DNA of 64,000 nt, taken from Mobula hypostoma. Its lineage: Eukaryota. The stretch spans positions 108,006,001-108,070,000 of the forward strand of contig NC_086108.1 in assembly GCF_963921235.1 (NCBI RefSeq), in the 5' to 3' direction. Both the position numbers and the translations under genes were made by a program. The notes under the pieces were generated by a model, which ran no database searches, was not told the DNA's origin, and saw only the letters and a list, made by a program, of their open reading frames with translations. Positions 36,530-49,979 of the stretch are shown piece by piece (position 1 is the stretch's first letter; each line of letters starts with the position of its first letter).

Positions 36530-37385
36530 CATTGCAGCAATATCCCAGGAATTATTGGGTTGAGGAGCGTTTGAAGATTCTGGGCCTGTACTCACTGGAG
36601 TTTAGAAGATTGAGGGGAATTGTATTGGAATCTATCAAATATTGAAAGGCCCAGATAGAGCGGATGTGGAGCGGATGCTTCCTGTAGTGAGGGCTTCATG
36701 ATAGAGGGACATCCATCTAGAACAGAGGTGAGGAGGAATTTCTTTATCCAGAGGGTGGTGAATCTGTGGAATTCATTGCCACTGACTTGGAGGCCAGGTC
36801 ATTGGGAATATTTAAAGCTGAAGTTGATAGGTTCTTGATTAGTAAGAGCATTGAGGGTTACAGGGAGAAGACAGGAGAATGGCATTGAGAGGGATAACAA
36901 ATCAGTCATGATGGAATGGCTGAACAAACTTGATGGGCTGAATGGCCTGCTCTTATGCCTTTTGATCTGATGGGAGTGGGGAAAGAAGATGTCATTTTAT
37001 TCCTTGGAACATAGAAGATTGACAGCAGTTTTGACAGAGGCATACGAAATTATGAGGGGTGTAGATAGGGTAAATGCAAGCAGGCTTTTACCACTAAGGT
37101 TGGGTGCAATGAAAACTAGAGGTCATAACCAAAGGTGAAAAGTGAATTGTTTAAGGAGAACGTGAGGGGAAACTTCTTCACTCAGAGGGTTATGAGAGTG
37201 TGGAACATGTTGCCAGTACAAGTGATGCATGCAAGCTCGACTTCAACATATAAGTGAAGTTGGGTACATGGAAGGAGGGGTATGGAGGGCTATGGTCTGG
37301 GTGCAGGCTGAGGGGACTAAGCAGTTTAAATGGTTCAGTATGGACTAGATGGCCCAAAGAGCCCGTTTCTGTCCTGACTCTGTGT
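36530..37385 (+). mobile_element. Two tandem CR1 3' fragments
   Basis: ctgggcctgtactcactggagtttagaag..., aacttcttcactcagagggt, and CR1 tails. Confidence 0.8.
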
Positions 37386-37861
37386 CTCAGTGGGCAGTGG
37401 GTGGGGGGAATGGGGGAAAGAAGAAGCTGGAGATGGGCTGACGAAGACGGACAGTGTGTTGAAGGGTTCCACAATGTAGGAGGCCCCACTATGAGCCTGT
37501 GGTGCCATCTCCATCATGAGGCCCCTGTTGCTCTTGGTATGAACATGCAGAGATGGGTATAACAGCCGGCGTTTTTATACCGTGTGGGAGAAACGCTCTG
37601 AGTACTTCTCAGCTGCTTTGTCGCTTCTCCGCTGCTGAAATGACAAGTGACCTTTGCACAGAGTGTCTGGAACTCATCTCATCCTGGAAGGAAAAGGCCC
37701 TCCTGCTGTGAGACCATCAGTCAGGAGAGAAGAATAAGGGGAGAGCTAATCTGGGGTGGGGGGGGGTGATATTTGCAGGACTTAAATTAATGTGCGCCTG
37801 CAAGTCAGTGGGCACAGTGCAGGTCATTATCTGAGAGAAAATCAAGGATGTAATGCTGAGG

Positions 37862-38089
37862 AACAAACACAAAATGCTAGAGGAGCTCAGCAGTCCAGGT
37901 AGCATCTATAGAAAAGAGTAAACAGTTGATGTTTTAGGCTGATACCCTCTGACCAGTCCTGCTGAAGGGTCTCGGCCCGAAACATTGACTCTACCCTTTT
38001 CCGCAGATGCTGCCTGGCCTGCTGAGTTCCTCCAGCATGTCGTGCGTGTTGCTTTGACATCCAGCATCTGCAGATTTTCTCTTCTTTGT
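37862..38089. mobile_element. Palindromic mini Penelope-like element inserted in CR1
   Basis: Inverted arms; flank duplication ga(t/c)gtaatgctga; hammerhead motif with mutated core (CTGCTGA) at 37954-37990. Confidence 0.75.
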
Positions 38090-39179
38090 GACGTAATGCT
38101 GAAGCTTGATTCACCGTTGGTCAGACTACATGGTGAGCAGCTTTAGGCCCCATGCCTAAGGAACGATGTACTGGCAATTGAGGTCAAGAGGAGGTTTAGG
38201 AGAATGAGCCTGGGAATGAAAGGGTTAAACATATGAGGAGTGTTTGATGGCTCTGGGCTTGTACACGCTGGAGTTTAGAATAATGAATGGGGGAATTTCA
38301 TTGAAACCTAATGGATATTGAAAGGCCTAAGTAGAGTGGACTTCAAGAGGATGTTTTCTGTGTTTGAGGACTCTAGGACTAAAGCGCACAGCCTCAGAAT
38401 AAAAGGGTGTGCCAAAGCATGTGGGCTAGCTCTGGCACTATCCTCGATGATCTGATTTGGTGTAAACGGTACATTTTGCTGTATGTACTGATGTTTCGAT
38501 GTACAAACAAAACTTATCTTTAAATCTTTACCAGGGGCATGGAGAGATACACAAGGCAGCTGCCCTCTCAGGCAGCCCACTTAGCCTCCAAGTGTGTAGC
38601 TCCTGTTACTTCGAGAAGCCAAGTTACTCTCAAGGAACAGAGGGTGCTGAAGACAAGACCCCTTGTACTGACGCAGCCAACGAATGGGAGGATGGCTGTT
38701 CATTCCAGTTCACCCCCATCTCCTCAGAGACGCTGTGGCCTCTGCTGTTAATCCGTACCCGCCACCTTTACTTGAAATCCCTGCAATGAAAAATGAGAAG
38801 TTCCCTGCTTGAGGGAACGGATGCCTGTCCTTGATAGACAACTGGTGTGATCGAGCAGATTAGAGATGGTGTGCAGGGCTGCATTTTGATATCGGGAGCT
38901 GGTAGTGAAATCAGTGGCTTTTGTGCCTTGAGGTTCTCATTGCTCATTACAGTACAGGGTGTAATTGAGTCTTTTGAGAAGAGGCTTTATTGATGTTTTT
39001 TGTCTGTCTCTATGCACAGTAAATAGATACACTATGCCTGATTTCACTGTTTACACACTGTGCAGAGAGCACACATTCAACTAACTTTCTCTTGAGTCCA
39101 TTAAACATTAAACATAGAACATAGAACATTACAGCACAGTACAGGCCCTTCAGCCCACGATGTTATGCTGACCTTATAA

Positions 39180-39590
39180 CTTACTTACTGACCATTTGTG
39201 CAGCTGGTGTTTCGGGTAGCAATGAAGGTCCTCCATCTCTGCTGGTGTTCAGGGCTTCCTTCATTGTGTCAGTAATTTCCTCTTGGTTTTCACTACTGTC
39301 AGTCATACAGACAAGGAAACTCAGGAATACTGTGGTACTCAGATGTAGGATTCTCCACTGCAATTTCCATAACAATTTTGCTCTACCAGTCAGGGTTGTT
39401 AGCCCTGAGCTGAACCCCTGAACCTGGAGGACCGGTGGACAACTCTTAGTCTGGCCTCTACCCTTTGACCTCTTTGGCATGGGTGACCTTACCAAGAGTC
39501 AAAGCATAAAGCCCTGAATTCAGCCAACGTATCTCTCTAGTCATTGAAGCACGCAAACCTCCAAACGCTACGGCTATGTTGTGGTCTTTT
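39180..39590 (-). mobile_element. RTE-clade-related element inserted into a CR1 tail
   Basis: gggttgttagccc...aacctggaggacc...ctaccctttgacct...gggtgaccttacca motif. The CR1 tail is interrupted at accttataac, which recurs at about 39709-39718. Confidence 0.55.
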
Positions 39591-39709
39591 GGGGGAGGGG
39601 GGTCCTGTGATTAGGTTAGGGTCAAGTAGTTGAATTGCATCATTGCGGTCTAAGTCATTGAGGCACCAAAATCTTCAAACTACAACATGGTTGTGGTCTT
39701 CTTGGAGAA

Positions 39710-40415
39710 CCTTATAACTCACTTTAAGATTGAACTAGCCCTTCCCTCTCATACAGCCCTCCATCTTTATATCATCCACATGGCTATCTAAGTGTTTCTT
39801 TTATGTCCCTAATGTCTCTGTCTCTTCCACCACCCCTGGATGGGCATTCCACATACGCATCACTCTCCATCTAAAAATCCTTCCTTTGACATCCCCCTAT
39901 ACTTTCCTCCAATCACCTTAAAGTTATGCCCCTTTATATTCACCATTTCCACCCTGGGAAAAAGTCACTGGACGTCCACTCTATCTATGTCTCATCTTAT
40001 ACACCTCTATCAAGTCTCCTCGTATCCACCTTCGCTCCAAAGAGAAAAGCCCTAGCTCGCTCAACCTATCCTCATAGACATGCCCTTTAATCCGGGTAGC
40101 ATTGTGATAAGTCTCCTCTGCGCCCTCCTTAAAGCTTCTACATCCTTCCTATAATGAGGCTACCAGAACTGAACACAATACTCCAAGTGTGGTCTAACTA
40201 GGATTTTATAGAGCTGTAACATTACCTCATGGGTCTTGAATCCAGTCCCCTGACTAATGAAACCCAACACACCATATGCCTTCTTAACCACCTATCAACC
40301 GGCGTGGCAACTTTTAGGGACGTATAGACTTGGACCCCAACATCTCTCGGTTCCTTCACACTGCTAAGAATCCTACTGTTAATCCTGTACTCCGGCTTCA
40401 AATTTGACCTTCCAA
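39710..40415 (-). mobile_element. CR1 3' fragment
   Basis: Reverse of cacttggagtattgtgttcagttctgg...gaggataggttgagcgagct. Confidence 0.85.
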
Positions 40416-41099
40416 AGAGACCATGTGAGCTTCCTCTGGGTGCTCCAGATTCCTCCGATACTCCAACAATGTACAGGTTAGGGTTAGTGAAGTGCTGGTA
40501 TGTTTTTTTTGGCACTGGAAACATGCCGAGACTTGTGGGCTCTCCCCAGCACACCCTTGGGCTGAGATGGTCATTGACGTAAGTGTTGTATTTCAGCACG
40601 TGTTTTGATGTACATGTGATCAATAAAGCTCTTTGGTCATTTGACCCACAGTAGAACATAGAACAGAGTACAGTACAGACCAGGAACAGACCCTTCAGCT
40701 CACACTAATAAAATTATTAATCAAAAGCCCAAAAAAAATCAACTCTCTTCTGCCTACACAATGTCCATATCCTTCCATTTCCTACCCAAGTGCTTCTTGA
40801 ATGCGGCCTTATTACTTCTCCCGGCAGCACATTTGAGGCACAAAATTTTAAAAGAATAAACTGACATATGAAACATATGACAACTGAAATATCACTGACA
40901 TATGTTGTGCAACTTGTTGTGCTTGTGACAACAGTACATTGCAATACATAATAATATGAAAACTATAAATTAGAATAAGAAATATATTTTTATCATCATC
41001 GTTGTGTGCTGTGTCATATGACGTAGGCGATCATGACCATGATTGTTCTTAGCAAATTTTTTTAGAGAACTGGATTGCCTTTTTCTGGTCAGTGTCTTA

Positions 41100-41415
41100 T
41101 ATAAAAAAAAGAATTAAGTTAAATAAAAAGTGCAAAAAAGAACAAAAAATGGTGAGTTAGTGTTCATGGGCTCATTGTCCATTCAGAAATCTGATTGCAG
41201 AGCGGAAAAGGTTGTTCCTGAAATGTTGAGTGTGTGTCTTTAGGCTCCTGTACCTCCTCCTTGAAGGTAGCAATGAGAGGAAGGCATGTTCTGGGTGACG
41301 GAGGCCCTTAATGATGGATGCCACTTTTCTTAGGCATCTCCTTTTGAAGGTGTTCTTGATGCTCGAGAGGCTGGTGCCCAAGATGGAGCTGGCTGAGTAC
41401 ACAACTTTCTGCACC
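41100..41415 (-). mobile_element. Rex/Babar LINE 3' fragment
   Basis: HPEHAFLSLLPSRRRYRSLKTHTQHFRN. Confidence 0.8.
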
Positions 41416-41759
41416 AGGTGTAGTTCAGTTGATGGGGGCTTTGCAAGTTAGAGCAAGGATTATATGAGAAGTGAGACGTATTTCAAAGCATCTGCTGGCT
41501 GAGTGACCTGCCTTGCTTTGAAGCCCGTATGCATTGCTTTTGCATCTCAGTGAGCAGCAGATTTTAACAGTCTTGAGAGACTAGGTGTAAAAATTTGCAC
41601 TGAGAGAAAAGGCCACCACAATTGAGTGGTGGGAGACACAGGTTCCATTTGCCGTGTGGCAAACATGTGACAGAATTAACTCTCCAGCCCCCAGGCAACC
41701 AAACTCGGCATCAGGAGACCCCTATGGAGGGTGAAATGAAACTGCCTCAGCAAACACGA

Positions 41760-42170
41760 AACTGTGCAGTTTTGGTTGCTTCATTATGAGGAGGATGTGG
41801 AAGCTTTAAAATGAAAGGGTTAATGTATGAGGAGCATTTGATCGCTCGCTGCTGTTTAGAGGAATGAGCGGCAGTCTCATCGAAACCTATCGAATGGTGA
41901 AAGGCCTAGAAAGAGTGGATGTGGACAGGATGTTTCCTGTAGTGGGAGAGACTAGGACCAGATGGAACAGCCTCAGAATAGGGGCATGTTTCTTCAGTAC
42001 AGAGAGGAGGAATTTCTTTGGCCAGAGGATGGCGAATCTGTGGAATTTGTTGCCATAGGCAGCTGTAGAGGGCAAGTCATTGGGTATATTTAAAGCAGAG
42101 GTTGTAAGGATCTTGATTAGTAGGGATGTCAAAGGTTATGGGAGAAGGCAGGATAATACGTTTGAGAGGG
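41760..42170 (+). mobile_element. CR1 3' fragment
   Basis: LIETYRMVKGLERVDVDRMFPVVGETRTR. Confidence 0.8.
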
Positions 42171-43274
42171 ATCAGAACAGGTTTAATATCACTGCCATAT
42201 GCTGTGAAACTTGTTATGCCCAGCAGTACATTGCAATACATAATAATAAAAAGTTACAGTAAGAAGTCCATTTATATATTTAAAAAAATTAAATTAAACA
42301 AGTAGTGCAGAAAGAGGGAAAAATTAAGTAGAGGGGTAATGTTCATGGGTTCAATGTCCATTCAGAAATCTGATGGATAATATATCAGACATGATGGAAC
42401 AGTGTGGTTGGCTCGATGGGCCAAATGGTTACTGCAAGGTAATTTGGAGTTGGTGCACACTGCACCACATTGAGCCAGGAATAACTACTTTAGGTGATGG
42501 ACAGAGAGCAAGTCAGGCAGGCATTATCCATTTTATTTTAGTTCAGATTTCCACTGAGTGCAGTCTTCTGCTTGCCGATTTCAAAGACGCAATGCCGTCT
42601 GATCATCATCCACTCTTTGTGGGAACTCTGTTTGTGTGATCTGGCCGCAGGGCTTCCCACATTACACTGGGGACTACCCGTCATTGGCTGAATACACAGC
42701 CAGAAGTTCTGATGGTTCCACAAAACCACCCATTTTCTTTTGCCCATCAACAAAATAAGCTCCACACAGCTTAACTCAGAGGTATGTAAGCAAAATACTG
42801 GAGGAATGTGGCTGATTTATTATCCCTCTCAACCCCATTCTCTTGCTTTCTCCCAGTATCCTTTGTCACTCTTACTAATCAAGAACCTATCAACCTTTCA
42901 TCTGAATAAAACCAATGACCCGGCCTCACAGCTGTCAGTGCCACCCATCACATTCTCAGACTGTGTTGGTCATTGATACAAATGACCCATCTCACTCAAT
43001 GGTTCAATGTTTCAGTGTACATGTGACACAACTAAACCTTAACCTTTACTAATTTTTGCATCTTTAGAGTCTTGTAGAGTCATACTACATGGGTTCAGTG
43101 TGAGAGGACAAATCAAGGAAGCTGGTAAATTGGTTTGTTCTTTCCACCTGTATTGAGGTACAGTTTAAACTTTGTTTTCGATGCTGTCCATACAGATCTC
43201 TTCATTACAACGCCGTGTTCAGGTAGTTAAACGATTTGAAGATTCAAATATTCAAAGTACTTTTATTATTAGAG

Positions 43275-43750
43275 GGTTCAAAGGAGGCTTATGAAAATGA
43301 TTCCGGGATTGAAAGGCCTGTCATATGAGGATCGTTGGATGGCTCACTGGAATTCAGAAGAATGAGGGGGGATCTCATTGAAACCTATTGAATGGTAAAA
43401 GGCCTTGAAAGAGTGGATGTGGTCAGGATGCTTCCTATGGTGGGGGAGTCTCAGACCAGAGGACACAGCCTCAGAGTAGAGGGGTGCTCTTTTAGAATGG
43501 AGATGAGGAGGAATTTCTTTAGCCAAAGAATGGTGAATCTGTGGAATTCATTGCTACAGGTGCCTGTATAGGCCAAGTCATTGGGTGTATTTAAGGCAAA
43601 GGTTGATAGGTTCTTGATTAGTCAGGGCATGAAAAAATACAGGGAGAAGGGAGGAGATTAGGGCTGAGAGGGGAAATGGATCAGCCATGATGAAATAGCA
43701 GAGCAGACTCATTGGGCCAAATGGCCAAATTCTGTTCCTATATCTTATGG
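43275..43750 (+). mobile_element. CR1 3' fragment
   Basis: Same subfamily as 1326-1620 and 53650-54320. Confidence 0.85.
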
Positions 43751-44064
43751 TTTAAAGTATGTATGCAGTACAGAACCCTGAAATTCATCTTCCCCACAGA
43801 CAGCCACAAAACAAAGAAAACCATGGAAAAGAATAAGAGTGTAGAATTATAAAAGTGATAAAGGGTCTCAGCTTGAATTCTCGACTGTTTATTCCTCTCT
43901 GCAGATGCTTCCCGATCTGTTAAGTTCCTCCACCATTTTGTGTGTGTAGCTATAAAATGCAGAATCAAGTTTTACAGTTACAGAGAAAGTGCAGTGCAGA
44001 TAGACAAGAAGGTGCAAGGTCATAGCAAGGAAGTTTGTGAGGTCAAGAGTTCATCTTATTGTTC

Positions 44065-44830
44065 AAAGATGAAAGTAAATTTATTATCAAAGTACTGTGC
44101 ATATATATCACCATACATAGCTCTGAGATTCATTTTCTTGTGGGTAAACTCAGCAAATCTATTGAATAGTAACTATAGCAGGATCAGTAAAAGATCAACC
44201 AGAGTGCAGAAGACAACAAGCTGTACAAATGCAAATAGAAGTAAATAGCAATAAATAATGACAACGTGAGATAAGGTGAGATCATTGGTTGTGGTTCACG
44301 GGTCTGGTGGTGCAGTCCTGAGGCTCTTGTACCTTCTACCTGACGGCAACAGCAAGAAAAGAGCTTGGTCTGGGAGGACGGTGTCTCTGATCATGGATAG
44401 TGATTTCCTACAACAGCATTTCATGTGGATGTGCACAATGGTGTCAGGCTTTACCTGTGATGTATTGGGCCGAATCCACAACTGTTTGTAGGATTTTCCA
44501 TTCAAAGGCATTGGTGTTTCCATACCAAGCCATTCCATACCATTTCCATACCATTCCATACTTACCACTACACATCAGAAGAAGCTTGTCAAATTTTTAA
44601 ATGTCATGCCAAATCTCTGCAAACTGCGAAAAAAGTTTAGTCACTGCCATGCTTTCTTCACAATTGCACTCGTCTGTTGGGGCCAGGACAGGTCCTCCGA
44701 AGTGAAAACATCAGGGAATTTAAAGCTGCTGACCCCCTCCACCTTTGATCCTCTGATGAAGACTGGCTCATGGACTTCTGGTTTCCCTCTCCTCAAATCT
44801 ATAGTTAGTTTCTTGGTCTTGCTGACAATG
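44065..44830 (-). mobile_element. Rex/Babar LINE 3' fragment
   Basis: LPDQALFLLLPSGRRYKSLRT; tttattatcaaagtac tail. Confidence 0.8.
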
Positions 44831-45584
44831 AGTGACGAATCGTCTTAAACCAGTGAGACAGAAGCTGTCCTTAGTACTGGTTGTAGATGCTTTCAGATTT
44901 TGTATCCTCTGCCCGATGAGAGGGTGGGAGGAAAGAGGATGTCTAGAGGGGTCTTCGATGCTTTACTGAGACAGTGAGAAGATTTTGACAGGAACCTGAA
45001 GGGTTGAGACAAGTATGTTAACAATGCTTAAAAGACCTTTGGAGAAGAAACATCTGGAGCAGGATTCCCAACCTTTATTATGCCATGGACCCCTACCATT
45101 AAGTGAGGACTCCAGGTTGGGAACCCCTCATTTGAAGGGATATGATCTCAATACTGGCAAATGGGGCTAGTTTAGATGGGAGTCTTGGTTGCCATGGGCT
45201 GAATGGGCTGAAGGACCTGTATGACTGGCACAGAAACAGGCCGCTTTTGTTTCTGTGGGAATGGATTCAGTTTCAGGCTTGTACTTTGATAATTTCATTT
45301 TGTTCTCCGCTGGAGTCTTTGGGCCTGGGTGTACATGAGGGCTGGAGAGCCTCCCCTCCCCCTCTGTCCTGCTCCTTACACTGGCATTGCTCAGTGTTGT
45401 GTGAAGGCAGTTCAGCTCTGTGTAGTTGAGGGCAGTTCTTCGAGTCTACAGGTTCGAATGTTGTTATTGTACCTGCCTCTACTTCCTCTAGCAGCTCGTT
45501 CCATGTGTGCTTGTGTTTTGCTCCAGTCTGTTGTAGAGATGCTGGGTAAGTGAAGAGCATTGGTTCCAGCTCACTGAAGAGAAT

Positions 45585-45960
45585 TCTCTCTCACTCTCTT
45601 GCTCCCTCTCTCTCCCTCTCTCTTTCTCTCTCTCTCTCTTTCTTGTTCTCTCTCTCTCTCTTCCCCTTCTCTCCCTCACCCTCTCTCTCTCCACTCTTTC
45701 CATTTCTCCTTCTATCATGTCCTCAATGCCTGTCTATCTCTCTGCCTCTATCTTTCCCCCTTTTCTATCTGTCTATCTCTCTGTCTCTACCTTTTATCTT
45801 TCTTTTTTCTTTCTCTGTCGCTCTCTCTTCTCACCTCTCTTCCCCCTCTCTCTCTTCCCCCTCTCTCTCTTCCCCCTCTCTCTCTTCCCCCTCTCTCTCT
45901 TCCCCCTCCCTTTCTCTTCCCCCTCTCCCCCTCTTTCCCTCTTTCCCTCTTACCTTCTAC
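45585..45960. repeat. Polypyrimidine/polypurine tract including about 5 copies of a 15-bp unit tctcttccccctctc
   Basis: Direct inspection. Confidence 0.9.
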
Positions 45961-47450
45961 GCCAGTGTGGATGTCTGTCTGTCTCTCCGCCCTTTGTCTG
46001 CCTTTTTTCCTCTCCCTTTTGAAATAACTGCCCCGATATCTGTCACACACATTCCACCGCACTGATGGGGTAGACTAGGCCATTCGTAGGAGGGAAATTG
46101 CCAGTGCTACTAGCAGGTATGTAAACCTGGATACTTTACACTCAAGGGTTGGGACTGGGCTCACGAGGAGCCAGGCTTGTCCAGGTGGGCTCCATTTCAT
46201 GTCTGACGGACCATAATCCCTCACAGGGCCCCGGCTCCGTGAATACTCGGGATTGTTCTCCCATACACCACAGGGAGAAGTCAGGAATGCCACAGTCACT
46301 TCTCGTATTTACCTTGCTCAAAAATTTCCTTTTAACTGGGGCACGTTCTGCCTGCATGACTCCCCTCATTGTCCGGCTTTCTCGCTCATGCTTTCATGTT
46401 GTCTCTGCTGTTTGTTTTGACTTACTCCAAACACCGGGGTCAGTAAAGGTTGATGGTGCAACAATGGAAGGAGCTTGGTGAAAAGTAGGGGTGGGGGGGG
46501 GGGGAACGAGCAAGCCGGTCGAAGCACACAGGAAAAGGGATCCGGTTGCAACTAAAAACCTCCTAAGTAATTGCAGTCTGTGATATCTGATCGTCCTCTT
46601 GCTTGTAAGATGCTGCAATCAGCGAAAAAAAAGGTATCGTTGTCAGTGAAATTGAGGTGGTCTCTTCAACCAGGTCAACAGGGGCCGAAATACCAGCGGT
46701 CATCCACCCTTTGACAGGCTCCGAGAAACCTGATCCGCATTACCTGTTTGTCTGTTTGTTTGTTTGCCAGACTAGTTGTCTTTGTAGGAAGCTGAGTCCC
46801 CCAATTACATGGTCTGAAAGCTGCCTCTTTGTCAACGGCCTTAATTGCCTCAGGTCACCGGGGAGCTCGCGTCCGGGATCAGCATGTCTGCAGAGCCACT
46901 TCGACGGGCACCTGTACTACTGGTTGGTTACCAGGCTTTTATTTTGCAGAAATAAAGAACCGACCCGTTTCCGATCAGTGCTCCATGGAATAGAGTCATT
47001 CGTTCATTCTATTTCCTCTTTTTTCTAACTCTTGTCAAGTTATAGAGTCATAGAAAGGTACAGCACACACAAAGGCTCCTCAGCCCGTCCAGTCCAGCCG
47101 AACTATTTAAACTGCCTATTCCCATCGACCTGCACCCAGCCCTATCCCTACCATCCAAACTTCTCCCATATATTTCCCATCCACACCCCTGCCATCCAAA
47201 CATTTAAAACTGCCTGTTCCCGTTGACCTGTACTGAGACCGTTGCCCTCCATAACCCTCCCCCTAAACTTCTCTTAAATTTTGAAATCAAACTCGCGTCC
47301 GCCACTGTGCTAGCAGCTCGTTCCACAATCACATGACTCTCCGAGTGAAGAAGCAGCCTTTCGTGTTCTCCTTAAATATTTCACCTTTCACCCTCAACCC
47401 ATGACTTCTAGTCATAGTCCCAACGAAGCTCAATGGAAAAAGCCTGCTTT

Positions 47451-47606
47451 TATTTACTCTATCTATACCATTCATAATTTTATGTGCCTCTATTAAATCT
47501 CCCCTTAATCTTCAATGTTCCAAAGAATAAAGTGCTAATCTAGTCAACATTTCCCTGTAACTCAGGCCTTCATCTATCTATTTATCTATTATATTAGATA
47601 GAGAGA

Positions 47607-47640
<34 letters not shown>

Positions 47641-47773
47641 AGATAAATAGATGAAGGCCTGAGTTACAGGGAAATGTTGAATAGATTGAGACTTTATTCT
47701 TTGGAACATTGAAGATTAAGGGGAGATTTGATAGAGGTACACAAAATTATGAACGGTATAAAGAGGGTAAATA
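47451..47773. repeat. Fold-back of a CR1 segment (arms about 125 bp) around a (GT)n(GA)n loop
   Basis: ...caacatttccctgtaactcaggccttcatctat / atagatgaaggcctgagttacagggaaatgttg... Confidence 0.9.
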
Positions 47774-49450
47774 TATATCCCTCAGGTTTTCTACCTTTAT
47801 CTCAACTTCTGTCTATCTATCTACCTATCACATGTACATTGAAACATACAGTGAAATGTGTCTTTTGCATTAACAACCAACACACCTGACGATATGCTGG
47901 AGATGGTCCATAAGTGTCACCTCACATCTCGGCGCCAGCATAGCGTGCCCATAGTGTTCCACCGAACAACACAAGCAACAGCAACACGGCAGCAGCAGTA
48001 GAACAATCCCTCTTCCCTCCCTCCCACCCACACCAACAGCCTTCAACTCCAGGACAGGGCGTCTCTGGGCCTCTGTCCTCCAGCAGACTCATGGACCCAC
48101 AGACCCAGGCCCTTGACTTCCAGCCTCGTCAGCTTCGGTCTATGACCTGTGGGCTGTGCAGCCTGATTGCCCGTTATAGGCGGAGGATGTGGAGGGTGCA
48201 GAGGAGGTTTATCAGCCTGCTGCTCAGTTTGAAGAACATGTACTGTAAGAGGTTTATCAGACCGGGGCTATTTCCTCTGGAGTAGTAAAAGATAAAGGAA
48301 GATTTAATAAAGTTTATAAAATTATGTGAGGCATAGGTAGATATTTCAATCCCATTTATTTTTACCAGGATTGTAATATCTAGTAGTAGAGCACATGTAT
48401 TTAATGTGAGAGGGGGAAAGAACAAATATATGTAGAGCAATTTTTTTTTACACAGAGGGGAGTGGGGGCTCGGTATGAGCTGATTGGGGGATGGTGGAGG
48501 CAGATAGCAGAGGGGTATTTAAGTGAGTTATATAGGCACATGAATCTGCTGAGAAGGGAGCAGGATAGTGTCAAAGTACTGGAAAGAGCACATAGGCGCC
48601 ACATTAGCGCAATGCTATTACTGCTCGGGGCTCAGAGTTTTGAGTTCAATTTCTGCGCTGCCTGCATGTTCTCCCCCATGGAATCATATCTGGATCCTCC
48701 AGGTTCCTCCCACAGTCCAAAGATGTGCCGGTTAGTAGGTTCATTGGTCATTGTAAATTGTCCCATGATTAGGCAAATATTGCATCGATGGGTTGCTCGG
48801 TGATGCGGCTCGAAGGACTGGAAGAGCTACTCCATGCTGTATCTCAATGAATAAGTAGATTAATTAGATATCGGTTTAATCAGTTCAGCACAGCATTGTG
48901 GTAACATTGTCTGTTTTATACACAACCAATGATCTCACTTTAAGGACTGATTATCTGATTATCTTATTTTCTCATTATTTATTGCTATTTATTTATATTT
49001 GCACTTGCAGTTTGTTGTCTTCTGCACTTGAACTTTAATTGTGCTGGCCTCAGTAATCCCCTCTGGTAGTTGATTCCACTGCATACCATCATCTGTATAA
49101 AATAGTTGCCTCTTAACTTCCTGATCTTTAACCTCCCACCCTAAACCCATGTCCCAGTTGTTGCTTCTCCAGCCCTGCATAAAGGCCCCTTGTGATTTTA
49201 TACAAAGTCACCTTTCAGTCTTCTAACTTCCAAAGTATAAAGTCCTTAGGTAGTGTGAGTTGTTAATGCAAACGACCCATTTCACTGTATCCATTTCACT
49301 GTATGTTTTGATGTACGTGTGATAAGTAAATCTGAATTTGACGTTAGACTATTCAACCACACGAAACATCTTTGTCGTCACCTATGGTCACACATTTTCT
49401 CCAGAAGAAGACACGCCCTCTGATTTACTCCAGAGTCCAGATTACTCCAG

Positions 49451-49962
49451 ATTAGGTACAGTACACCTCTACACTTGCTCGTTAATAGTACACCTCTACA
49501 CTTGCTTGTTAATGCAAATATCTAATCAGCCAATCGTGTGGCAGCACCTCAATGCATAAAAGCACGCATCATGGTCCAGAGATTCCGTTGTTGTTCAGGC
49601 AAAACATCAGAATGAGGGAGAAATGTCATTTATGTGACTTCGCCCGTGGAACGATTGTTGGTGCCTTATGGGTTGGTTTGAGTATCTCAGAGACTGCTGA
49701 TCTTCTGGGAATTTCATGCATAAGTCTCTAGAGTTTGCAGAGAATGGTGCAAAAAGAAATCCAGTGAGTGGCAGTTCTGTGGGTGAAAACGCCTTGTTGA
49801 TGAGAGAGGTCAGAGGAGAAGAGCCAGATTGCAAGGTGGCAGAAACTCACATAACCTCGTGTTACAATAGTGATGTACATGTCAAACCTTGAAATAGCTG
49901 GGCTACAGCAGAAGAAGATCACACTGGTTTCCACTCTTGTACCCAGTAAAGTGGCCACTGAT
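49451..49962 (+). mobile_element. Tc1-like non-autonomous element, same family as 32384-33416
   Basis: attaggtac start, gtaaagtggccactga end, and the shared internal cagccaatc..ggttggtttgagtatctcagag. Confidence 0.75.
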
Positions 49963-49979
49963 TTTAGGAGTAGTGCAAT

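Noticed and set aside
45550..46065. Ser/Leu/Pro-rich ORFs
   Set aside because: Translation of a CT-rich simple repeat; the same applies to 17299-17992.
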